Of a DNA stretch of 64,000 nt, positions 12,760 through 23,563 are shown in pieces. The stretch comes from Lama guanicoe. Lineage: Eukaryota. The notes beneath the pieces are model-generated. The model made no database searches, was not told the DNA's origin, and worked only from the letters and a program-made list of their open reading frames with translations. The DNA lies in NCBI GenBank assembly GCA_013239625.1, contig MU054212.1:9720898-9784897 (forward strand), given 5' to 3'. Positions within the stretch are counted from its first letter, which is position 1, and each line of letters opens with the position of its first letter. The translations under genes and the position numbers were made by a program.

Positions 12760-13760
12760 CCCCGCCGCCCCCTCCCATCTCTCTGAACCCACAGGAGAGC
12801 CCGCGCGGACCCTTGACCCGAGGAACACTTCTTATTTTATGGTGATGAACTAGCCTCGATAATAGCCATGGCTGATATCACACCCAGTTAGGGGGGCCAT
12901 AAATAATTCTCTTCTCCCCCGCACACAAGCTATAAACCAGGGCTGAGGAGCGATAGTTTATCAAAGACGAGGGCTAGCTCCTTAAATAAACCGCGGTGAT
13001 CTCACTCGCGGCGCCGAGCCCGGGCGGGTAGGCGCTCCCTCCCGCCCCGGCCCCCAGCCCAGGAACAGCCAGTGTCCGACGTCGATCGGCGGCGGCTCCG
13101 GCGGCGGCCCTGCTACCAGGGGCCCCGCGGCGCCGGCGGAGGCAGCTCTGGGCTCCCGGGGCCCCAGGCACGCCGCGTCCCTGCCCCGGGGCTGCCCGCG
13201 CGGGCAGCGCGGGGAGGAGGGACCCGATCGGCGGCGCCCCAGGGGGCCAGGGGAGATGCCGCGCCCTGCTCTGCGACCATCGCCGAGTTCGTCGCCCGCC
13301 CGCGGTTCCGTCGGGCCTGGACGGCGGGGAGCGGAGGCCGCCCGGGGAGGTCTGAGCTTGGCGCCCACGCGCCCGCCTCCCGGCTCCGCGCCTCGCCGTT
13401 CCGGGGGGCCTGAGTGGCGGCGCGCGAGTTCCGGAGCGAAGCCGGCGCCGCGGTCGCAGCCCCCCTCGCCGGCCGCGCAGCAGCCCGGCCTCCCGAAGTC
13501 GCCCCCTGTCGGCGCGTCCGTCGCTCGCGCCTCGGCGGGCGCCACTTACCCCGGGCAGAGTCTTCTGCTCGTGCAGCGCGCTCTGGGCCTTCAGCGCTGA
13601 CTCACGCTCGCAGTAGGTGAGGAAAGCGCAGCCTAGGGAGGGAAGCAAGCGCCGAGAAGGGTCAGTGGGGCGCCCCCGGGCCGCCCCCGCGCCCTCCCGC
13701 CCGCCCTCGCGTCTCCAGCCCCTCCCTGCTCTTGGTCCCTCTCTCCACCTCTCTCTTCCG
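12760..13760. promoter_or_regulatory. CpG island 1 (orphan promoter or regulatory island)
   Basis: Very high GC and CpG density (e.g. ggcggcggctccggcggcggc, cgcgcgagtt), GC boxes, TGACTCA at 13598-13604, CTCF-like motif at 13500-13513. Confidence 0.9.
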
Positions 13761-15643
13761 TGCGCTCTACTCGAGATTTCCTGCCTTTGCGTTTTCCTGT
13801 GTGTCTGGTTTTCGTCCCTCTCGCTGCTTTTCTATTTTGCTCCTTCGGTGAAGTCTCCCCACTCTGCATCTCCACCCCCCACCCGCCACACCCCCTCTCC
13901 CTGCGGGTCTCTTCCTGTCCCATGCCCTGGTACCTGCCTCCCTCAGGGTGCCGTTCTGTCTGTTTCAGCTCCAGCCTCAATACCTCCCAGAAGGGGCGGC
14001 TTCCACCCCTCACCCCCAGCGCCTCTAGTCACACTTGACCGTGAACTCTTGTTCTGGCCCCTTAGGAGAAATGTGGAAGGGACCCTTTCAGCCTTCCCAA
14101 TAAAGGCTCCATCTGTAAAGAGGACCCCAGGCCAGGCTGTCCTAATAAAATGAATGGGGCTGTCCATGTGTCCCCTGCCCCAGTCCATTGTCACATCTGC
14201 AGTGGTATCTTCACACCCTTCCCACAGGGCTAATTCCCTGGGTGACTCCAGCAAATCATGTCCCCTGTCTTGCCTCAGTCTCCTCACGGGGGAACTGAAA
14301 GTGATGACTGTGTGGTCCACAAGATCCAGTCCAGTTTTCCCATGGCGGGATTCTGACAGCGCCTCACTGGGGAATCTGGATTTCTCAGAGCACTGTGCCT
14401 TACTCAAGGGGCGACTCTTTAATGCTGGCTCTTCAAGCATGGTGACAAGGCAAAGAGAATGCTTGCTGATGGGAGAGGCCTTCTGCAAGTTCCCTCAAAC
14501 TGTCCCATGTCAGAGCCTCTTCCTATGCCCACAGATGTGTATATGTGTGGCTTGTGGGGCTGGGGCCTTAGGGGAAGTCAAAAAGCCAACTTCAGCCAAG
14601 AGCAGGCTTGGGTCTTATGGGGCACTGTAGCCTCAGACTTTTCTAAAGCCACCTGGCTGCCTCCTCTGTTGCACAGTCTTCTTTCCCTCCGTTGTTTCAC
14701 TGATTCTCCCATGATCTGACCTCCTAACCCTCTGTGTTCACCACTGCCCCCTTTGCTTTGCTCCCACAGTCTCCTCGCCTGCTATGCCTTCTCTCCCCAT
14801 TTTCACATCCTCCAAGGTCCACCTCCTCCAGGCAGCCTGCCTTGTCTGTTCTAGTCCATCTTAAGTCAACCTCCCTTCTTGATTGGCCACAGCTGGCCAT
14901 TTGGCCATTCTCATTTATCAACTATTTCCTAAGTGCCCTTGTGCCAGTTTCTGTGCCAGGCCCTGGAGCCCAGTTCCTCTTCTCATGAGGCCCGTGGGCT
15001 GCTGGTGCCAGTCTTGTACCTTGTCACCAGGCTCGCTCTGGCCTCTTGTTTCCCAGGGCACAGAGTGCTCCCCGCATCCCCGAAAGTTCCTGACTCCTCC
15101 ATAACAAAATGAAGACTCCCTTCCTCCTCTTCCAAAGTAAAAATTGGTCCTGCCTCCCCTCTACTCCTGGCTTCAAAGAGGACATGGAAGGGAATCCATG
15201 TGTCAGGGAAACAGAGACGGGAAGAAGGAATCAAGGAGGGAAGGCTGGAAGACAGACACTCTCAGGTTCCCCTGGGCTCTCTGCCTTCCCTCCCTCCAGC
15301 TCCTGCCCTGGGCTGGGAGGAGCCAACGGTCCTCTCTGTGACTCCATCCATCCCTCCCCATCCAGACCCCAGATCAACCTTCCTCCCCGCTCTCTGCTCC
15401 TCCCTCCTGGTCAGGGCAGACGGTTATTGATGGAGACATTGGGAGACTGAAATGAATAGCGGTCAGAGGCCCCTGTGACGTCGTCCCTCGTGCTGCTGCC
15501 TGTCTCTCCGGGGGCCTCTTTCCTCTTGTCCCCTCACTGGCCTTGTCCTCCGCCCGTGCCTGCCTGCATCTAGGAGGCAGCCGCTGTCTTGCTGCAAACA
15601 GGAAAGCCAGCTCAGGACAAGGTCAGGGGCAGGTTTGGAGACA

Positions 15644-15710
15644 GAGGAGGAGGGAGGAGGAGGAGGAGGGAGGAAAATGAAGGAGGAGGAGGAGGAGGAG
15701 GAGGGAGAGA
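15644..15710. repeat. Interrupted (GGA)n microsatellite
   Basis: gaggaggagggaggaggaggaggagggagg aaaatgaa ggaggaggaggaggaggaggagggag. Confidence 0.9.
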
Positions 15711-15884
15711 AAGTGGCTACAATGTTTCCCTGGCCCAGGATAACAAGGGAAGGATTCTAGAAAAAAAAGGAAAAAAAAATCTGTTGCTGTTGTCCAGCTT
15801 CCAGGAATTTCTGTCAGTTTTTTTGAGGGAGCTCATGGCTGTGTTGTAAACCACAATCTTCTGGAGACCCCTGTCCCCAGTCCT

Positions 15885-16360
15885 TGTGTGACCTCTTCTG
15901 TCATCTCCACCCCTTGACCTCACCTCCTTTCATTCGTCCCCTGCTCACTCTCCCACCTCCTTCCTGCCCCTCAGCCCCGCCAGGCATGCTCTGCCCTCCG
16001 ACCTTTGCACTGGTGGCTCTCTCTGCCCAGACTGAGCCCAGCCTGCTGTCCTCACGGTCTGCTCCTTCATTCCCTCAGGTTTCGCTCAAATGTCACCTCT
16101 TCATAGATTATGAACTCATTAACATAGCACCCCCTACACACATGCATGCGCGCACACACACATGACACATACCTGCTCTCTGACCCCTCATCCTGTTTGC
16201 TCTTCTCTTTGGCGCCCCTCACCCCAACATATTGATAGTGTGTGTTTGTTCCTTGATTGGCAGTCTCCCCCAGCTCAGATGAGTACGGAGCTTGACTTTG
16301 TTTTAGTCCTGCTTGGTTCTTGGTGCCCAGAAAGGGGCAGAGCTCAACACATACTTGTCA
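15885..16360 (+). mobile_element. L2 3' region
   Basis: caggcatgctctgccctccgacctttgcactgg ... ctcaaatgtcacctcttca ... ggtgcccagaaagg ... gctcaacacatacttgt. Confidence 0.7.
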
Positions 16361-17704
16361 AGAGCACTGAACCCCGAACATCTTGGCTACTTTGAGGCTT
16401 CCAACAGGTGAAGGGGGGACGGGAGTGATGCTTGGAGCCAGCTGGGAGCTAACCAAGACCCTGAGGACACAGAGCCACACTGGTCGTCCATAGTTGGGGG
16501 ACAGAGGGTGCCTGTGAGGGCTGATGGGCGGCCCTGGTGGGAGGGCTCTCATGTCCCAGGCGTCCTTGAGCCCATCTGCCCAGGGCCTGATGGTGCAGCT
16601 ACGTCCCTCCCCTGCTCTCTCCCCACAGATCACCCCCGGAGAAGGCGGTTGCGTGGTTCCGTACAGAGACCCTACCAGCCAGGGGTCACTTCCTGATTCC
16701 GCTCTCTGAGCCCCCGTTTCCTCATCTCTTACTCCGTCCAGAGGCTGGTGAGGAGACCTGCTGACCAGCGGGTTGAACCGCCTCTGCAGAGCACTCTAAC
16801 CACAGAGCACGGTGTAAACACAGAGTCCCTCTTGTGGACTGGGGGGTCAGAGAGGCAGAGTCTCTCCTCTGTCCCTCCACGTCTCCGTGAGGAGGGACTA
16901 GCCTTCTACAGGGGCCCATGGGTGCCCACCCACCAGGCCTGCTGAAACGATCTCCTTAGCCAGCCCAGTGCCATGTCTGACTGTCCATTCTGAGAGGTAG
17001 CTGTCTCACTGCGGCTCTTTTCAAAAGGCATATGTGGATACGCTGTTATTAACTGCTGACTCTGGGTGCTTGAAGGGACCACATTTGCTCCCTTGCTGGG
17101 GGCGGATCCCTGAAGGAACAGCAACGGTCACAGCGTGCTGCAGAACGCAGTGGGCCTGGGTGGGGGCTGGGGTGGGGATCCAGGGTGGCCAGCGGAGAGG
17201 GGGCACCTGAGCCTCACCCACGGGGCCCTTGCTAAACCAGCCGTGACTTCCTGTCCGTGTGGCCGCTCCTCACAGGAGTGGAGGAGGGGGTTTCGAGCTA
17301 TGAGGATGGTGCTGTCTCACTTTCCTCTAAGGAGCTGAGGTGTCACAGAGACACACCCAGTGAGGCCCCTTGGGAACTCCCAGTCTAGCTGGGAAATGAG
17401 ATTCTCCAGGGAGCAGCCACACTCTGATCCAAGACAGTGTTGGGGAGAAGGTTGGTACCTGGCTCCGCACACCAAAAACTTGAGATGGTCTGATGATGAA
17501 GGCACCCTTTTCAGGGTTGGGGCTGGTGGCTCGGACACCTTTCCCTGCCTTCAGACCCAACACTTCCCTCCCCAGGCCTGATCCCACACGTATACTAGCA
17601 CTGGAACTCACAGAGGAGGGAACGTGGGTCCACTGTGGCTGTTTGGAGTCGCAATAAAGTTGAAAATCATCTGAAGGTTTCTCAGTGCCAGAACGTTTTT
17701 CTGT

Positions 17705-18036
17705 TTAAACTGTGGAATACTCTATAGCAGTTAAAAAGATGGAATCGTTCTAAATGTCCAATGTGGAAAGATGAATTGTCAGATGGGGAAAACAAGTTGT
17801 GAAATTGCAGGCGCCGTATGTATACAACGGAGACTTCTCCATGACTTCCTTCTGTGCCCAAATCTGTGACTCCACCATAGCACAAAGTCTACAAGGGGTC
17901 ACCCCAAGCTAAAACTAGGGAGCATGGCAGGTAAGGGATGTCTCCCATGACTTTAACAGTTTTTGTTTTGTTTGGCACATTTAGACTCAGAATGGATTCA
18001 TGTGTCACTTACATAATTAACTTTAAAGAAAAAAAA
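17705..18036 (+). mobile_element. Old L1 (L1ME-like) 3' end
   Basis: ctgtggaatactctatagcagttaaaaagatgga ... tcatgtgtcacttacataattaa followed by an A-rich tail. Confidence 0.65.
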
Positions 18037-18337
18037 TCCTTGCTAAAACAAGAAGATGAAGTGAAAAGAGATGGGTGAGGCAGATAGGATGCAGGACCCA
18101 TGGACCATTCTCAGGAGACGGACAGAGATTGTAGGACATTAGCTTCTTGGCAGATTCTTCATGAGGGAGATGATTGTGGGTGGGTCCCACTATGGCCCTG
18201 CCTCAAAGCTTTCTCCGATGGGCATTGAAGCGGATTCCTGTCACCCAGCAAGCTGTAAATTGTATTCCTTTGGATCCTGTGGCCCTGAGTCCCAGAAGCT
18301 GATGTTTGAGGAATGGAATCCATGATGGAGCCCAGAG

Positions 18338-18803
18338 TGTAACCGAGTAGGACCCTGTGGGGCTTCCCGGGACAGACCCCTCTCCCATTTCTGCAGCAGC
18401 TCCTCTCTGAAGCACCCAGATAATAGTATCGCATGTATATTTCCTGAGTTTTTCAGATACTAAAAACCACTGACAAAAGGAAGAAATTAACTACTTGATG
18501 ATGAGAGCACGTGGCCCCCTGATCTTCAGGCGCCTAGGGGTTGTTGTGTTGACCACCCTGTGACCTTGACATCAGCCAATCAGAGGACTGTGCACAAGCT
18601 GATCACGCACCCTGCGACCCCCTCCCCTTACCTGACCTTTAAGTATGCTTTGCTGAAACCCTGCAGGGAGTTTGAGGTTTTCTTGGGCGTGGGACATCCT
18701 GTCCTCCTTGCTTGGCCCTGCAATAAACCCTTCTCTGCTCCAAACTCCATGTTTCAGTTTGGCCTCGTGGTACGGTGGGTACACAAATGTACCTTCGGTA
18801 ACA
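18338..18803 (+). mobile_element. ERV1-class solo LTR (copy A), 466 bp, with AGAG target-site duplication
   Basis: TGTAACCGA...TCGGTAACA inverted termini; AGAG at 18334-18337 and 18804-18807; CCAAT box, TATA-like TTTAAGTA and AATAAA at 18722-18727. Confidence 0.92.
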
Positions 18804-19739
18804 AGAGCCTCCTCCCCTTCCCTGTCCCTCCCTCCCATTCTCCTGGGGCCCGGCTGTGTGGTGCTGAGGGTGGGATCTGAGGTGAGAAGCTGCAGAGCTG
18901 GCTCGGGAACCTCTGGGTGAGGCTGGACCTCTCCCCCCAGCTCCCCACTTTCCTGGCCCACTGTCTGGGATGGTTCTCCCAGCACCAGCTCATCACCAGC
19001 CTCTCCCACCCCTCAGGCCAGCGCTTTCTAGCCCACCACCTCCTGAATCATGGGCTTGAGTGGAATAGAACTGAGCCTGGTGGAGCAGGAACAGACTGGA
19101 AATCAGCAGTGGTGAGTTTAGGGGCAAGGAAAGACCCCATTTGGAGAAAAGTCACACCACCGTGCCACCTCCAGCAGCTGATCACCTGGCCTCCCTGCAT
19201 AAGGTGGACCCCCTGCCCTCCCTCCTGCCCCACCGGCCTCTCCTCTGCTGCTCCTGGTTCCATTGTGCGCACTGGACACTGGTCCACACTCACATTTCCT
19301 TATGCCGCCATCTGACCTTTTCCCACTCACCCTTGTTATTTACTCATCCTTCTATTTATCAGTTTCATGTCTTATGTCTCTGAATAGACTGTCAACTCTG
19401 TGAAGGGCGGAAACAGCATCTTCTAAGCCCAGGTATTAGGGGCAGGGAGACCAAGGGAGCCCATGAGGGTGGGGGAAAGAAACCCAGGCCTGGGGGCCTG
19501 GGGCACTGAAGAGAGAGCAAGCACTAGGGGCAGAGAAGGAAAGGAGGAGAAGGGCGTGGCCGGGAGAAGTGAACCCAGCCAGGGGCTGGAGGGGGCAGGC
19601 AGGGTGGGTGTTGCCAGGCTAGGGTGCAGGTGGGTGGCAGACACCCTTCTCCAGCAAGGCAGCCTGGGCAGATGGGGCGAGGGGTGCCTCGGAGTCCTGA
19701 GGAGGTGGGTGGGTGCCCTCTCCCACGTGGGGAAGAAAC

Positions 19740-19970
19740 ACGGCGCCATGGAATTAATTGCACGGAGATGGCAGTAATTTACAAAGCCCCCGTGTGCAGG
19801 GATAAAAGGCCCTTGTCATTGTGAAGTGAAGGAAGTACAATTTCCTGCCCAGCTCTGAACAGGGCTGAAGCCAGGGGTGTAATCATCGCGGAAGGGAAGG
19901 CTCCCAAGTGCTCCCTCCTCCCATCCCAGCCGGGCCTTGGCTTCCTACTAATTAAATTACAGAATTAGCC
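19740..19970. promoter_or_regulatory. Candidate homeodomain-motif enhancer
   Basis: Non-repeat block with gaattaattg, gtaattta and ctaattaaattac motifs. Confidence 0.4.
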
Positions 19971-22900
19971 AGAGGAAGGTGGCCCTAGAATAGGAAGATC
20001 TGGACTTTAAAAAGACATGGGATCCTCGTGCCCTGCCCTTGGCTGGCGGAGATGAAGTGAGAGGAAGCTAGGGGTGGGGTGAGGGAGTGGAAGGGGAAGG
20101 GAGCAGGAAACACACCAACCAGCCAGACCTAGGGGCCAAGGAGAGGGCCCCTGTTCAGAGTGGTTTCCTTTGCCCCAAATCTCCACCCATCCACCTGCTG
20201 CGGGACCGGGAACCCCACACTCAGAGCTTCATTCCTTGGCGGTTCTCATCCCAAGATTTACAAAGCAACGGGGGCCCCACTGCCAGAAATGAAGGCAGAC
20301 TGTCTGGGGGTGGATAGAGGGAAGGGGAGCGGGGATGTCTTTCAGCATCCCTGGAAAGAGGGTTACTGGTGTCCTGAAGCCCCGTCTGTCCCTCCATCCA
20401 GCCTCTGCCCCCAGCTGTCTGAGTGGCCAAGGGCGGCCTCCCTCCTGCCTTCTGGAGCAGATGCTCCCTTCCCTGTGTGGGAGACACTGCAGACCAGTTC
20501 CTCATACACATGCTCTTCCTCTGGGAATGTCCTCCCACCTCTGGGCCTGCCCCGGGTCTGCACCTCCTTCAAGACCCATCACTTGGGTCGTGTTTTCAGG
20601 GAAGCCCTCAGAGCCTAGCTCAGCCACCGTAGTCTCCCCTTCCGTGATTCCTGTGTGGCTGCACCCTTGACCACTGCTCATGGCTTGCCCCAAAGTTGAG
20701 CCTCGTCCCCCTTCTAATCTGTGAGTGCCTGGATAATCTGTGAGCTTCTGGTAACAGGCATAGAAAGAAACCACGGGGTCTGCCATGGTCTCTGACTCTC
20801 TTTCCCAGTGCCTGGCCGCCAGGTGATCCCTCTGCCATCTCCCCAGGACCCTGCCTGGCCATTCCAGTCTCCCCAGGCCTTTCCACCTGGCCTCACTCCC
20901 TCTCTCCTCCTCCTCCCTGGGAGTTCTCTGCTGACGTTTCCCTCAGTCCATCAGCCAGGGAGAACGATGTTTACCCACAGAACACGGCTCTGACTCACTT
21001 CTCCATCTCCATCGGGGAAAACCTAATCCTCAGAACAGCACCCTATCTCCTGCTGCCTCCTCCATGCTTCTCTCCTTTGAAGCTTCTCCTCCAGGAAGCC
21101 TTCCTTGACTACACCAAACCCAGCATCTCTTAAAGCCCTTTGCGATGGCCCCTCTCAGTGGGCAGTTGGAATACATATCTTTGTCTACTCTGCATTTGTG
21201 TGTGTTTGCCCACGTGGAAATAGTCTACTATAGGAGCTGCTAATTCTGCATCCCCTTCTTTTCCCAGTGACAGGCATCAGTGAATGCAGTGGTTGCTAAA
21301 TGCCACTTGGCCCCTGGCTGGGTGACAGGGAGCTGCAAGGCTGGGAAGAGATGGCTGGTTGCAGGGGAAGCCGGGTGTGGATAGGGTCTGGAATGGGACG
21401 TCTACCCTTCGGCTTAGGTTCCTGGAGATGGCGGGAGCCATCCATCTTCCTCCGAGGAGGCCGGGCTTGGATTGGGGGGTGGAGGGGATGAGGGCATGGC
21501 CGGCAGGAGATGGAGATGGATGGCGCCCTCAGCCAATGAATCAGGGCTGCTGGCCGGCTCACTTCTTCGGGCCCTCCAGTGCTGAAACCCCACCCTCAGC
21601 CCCTGTCCTGCTATTGGGCTCGACACTGCCCTCCTGCATCAACTCTTCAACCTAGAAACTCCAGAGGAGTTTGAGCTGCAGGTGAACTCCAAGTTTAAGC
21701 ATTTCTCAGGGTTAAGCTGGTTGTGTCCCATGGGGCATTGGGCCCCACTCACCGTGACTCAGCCCTCATGCCCTTTGCAGCCACAAGACAAAAATGGACA
21801 CGGGGCTGGGGGAATCTCCCCAGATCTAGCCTGGGAAGCCCCAGGAAATGGGACCAGACCTCTCTTTCTTCTCCTGCTGGGCATGGGTAGGGCTCAGGAA
21901 GCTCAGATCCAGGGACTCCATTGGCTCTGGACCTCGGAGGATGAAAGGACCAGCAGGCAGGCCTGTGCCAAGTGTCTGTCCCTGCCAGTTGCCCTTGTTT
22001 ACACCCTGAGCACTGGAGAATTACATGTCTGGTGTCGCCGGCAGCACCTTTATGGCACTGTGAAAAAGGACAAAAAGTGGACATGACACATTGATGGCCT
22101 CACCCCTTTCTCTGCAAAGAGTTCTCGGTCTGTGGCTGGGGCTGATGGGCCCATGAGGCTCCGGGGTTGGGGGCTGGCCCAGGGAAGGTGTCAGCCTTTC
22201 TAAGGCCCAGCCTGTGGGACAAGTAAAACCTGCCTCATGACACATGTGCTGGGTTTTGTTCCCACAGCCAAGGGGCTGCCTCTGTGCCCCTGATCTGGGC
22301 TGGTGGTTCCTGCTGGTCCCCAGGACAGCACAGAGTGCTCCCTGTCACTCGTGCAGAGAGCTTTTACTTGCCACCATGCCGCCATGCCCATGAGCTCATG
22401 ATTCTTACACTGCACAGTAGACCGGGGTGTTATCAGCATCTGACAACTGGGGTTGTGGGGGGGTGCGGCTGTGTGATTTGCCTGGTGATGGAGCAGAGAC
22501 CTGGTTTGGGGCTTAGTTCCTGTCACCTCCTCTCGAAGCCCTGGCAGTGTCTTAGGGGAGTGTGAGTGGGGACCGTGGGGACCCTGATGGGAGAGGTCCT
22601 CCCTCCACACCCCCACCCCATTGCTGGGATTTGGGGTAAGGAGCTCAGGGATGACCTTATTCTTTTCGTACACGGGCCCAGGTGGAGTCAACTGAGGTCT
22701 CTGGGGCCTCCCGGGCCGCATGCTCCTGGCTTCCCTCTTCTCCCGGGACCCTCTCCAATGTCAAAGTCAGGCCCTGGGCTCCTCCGCAGAGGGCCCCATC
22801 GGAGCATCATGGCTGGATTTGGGATGCATGTAGGATACTGACTCCTCACACAAATCCCAAGGTAAATGCGAGAGTCGAGAAACTGAACTGCGTCCTCTTC

Positions 22901-23049
22901 TAATTAGGAGTTTAGATCTTCCTGTTCTGAATTTTCTTAGATCACGGCACACCTACTGAAAGGCCAGGCGTGACTCAGTGGGAAGGGACCACCGCTCACC
23001 GAGCGCCATGTGAAAGGGGCTCTCAGGGGTCTCGTTGGTGTGACCCCAC

Positions 23050-23563
23050 CATAACCCAGCAAGACCCTGTGGGGACAGACTCTCTATTTCCTCTGCTGCA
23101 GCTCCTCTCTGAAATACCCAGGTAATAGTATCTCATGTATATTTTCTGACTTTTTCAGATGCTGAAAACCATCACCAAAAGGAAGAAATTAACTAAAAAC
23201 CTTCACCAAAAGGAAGAAATTAACTAAAAACCACCACCAAAAGGAAGAAATTAACTACTTGATGATTGAGAGCCCGTGGCCCCCAGACCTTCAGGCGCCT
23301 AGGGGTTGATAGTGTTGACCACCCTGTTACCTAGACATCAACCAATCAGAAGATTGTGCACGAGCTGATCACACACCCTGTGACCCCTCTCCCTTGTCTG
23401 CCCTTTAAATATGCTTTGCTGAATCCCTCCCCGGAGTTCAGGGTTTTCTGGGCGTGAGCCACCCTGTCCTCCTTGCTTGGCCCTGCAATAGACCTTTCTC
23501 TGCTCTAAACTCAGACGTTTCAGTTTGTTTGGCCTCACAGTGTGTCAGGCACAGGAACACACA
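23050..23563 (+). mobile_element. ERV1-class solo LTR (copy B, same family as copy A), with CCAC target-site duplication
   Basis: Colinear with 18338-18803 (gaccctgtgggg, gcagctcctctctgaa, cttcaggcgcctaggggttg, cctgtcctccttgcttggccctgcaata); CCAC at 23046-23049 and 23564-23567. Confidence 0.9.
23165..23257 (+). repeat. 3 x 31-bp tandem repeat inside LTR copy B
   Basis: aaaacc[atc/ttc/acc]accaaaaggaagaaattaacta at 23165, 23196 and 23227. Confidence 0.95.

Noticed and set aside
12974..13648. Overlapping Arg/Gly/Pro/Ala-rich ORFs in CpG island 1
   Set aside because: Several frames on both strands are open because stop codons are scarce in very GC-rich DNA; no protein family is recognisable.
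23165..23257. 31-bp repeats as a CRISPR-like array
   Set aside because: The units are head-to-tail with no unique spacers, lie inside a mammalian LTR, and have no cas genes nearby.
18338..23563. A single provirus bounded by LTR A and LTR B
   Set aside because: Each LTR has its own distinct TSD, there is no primer-binding site (TGG) after LTR A, and the interior shows no gag/pol/env similarity.
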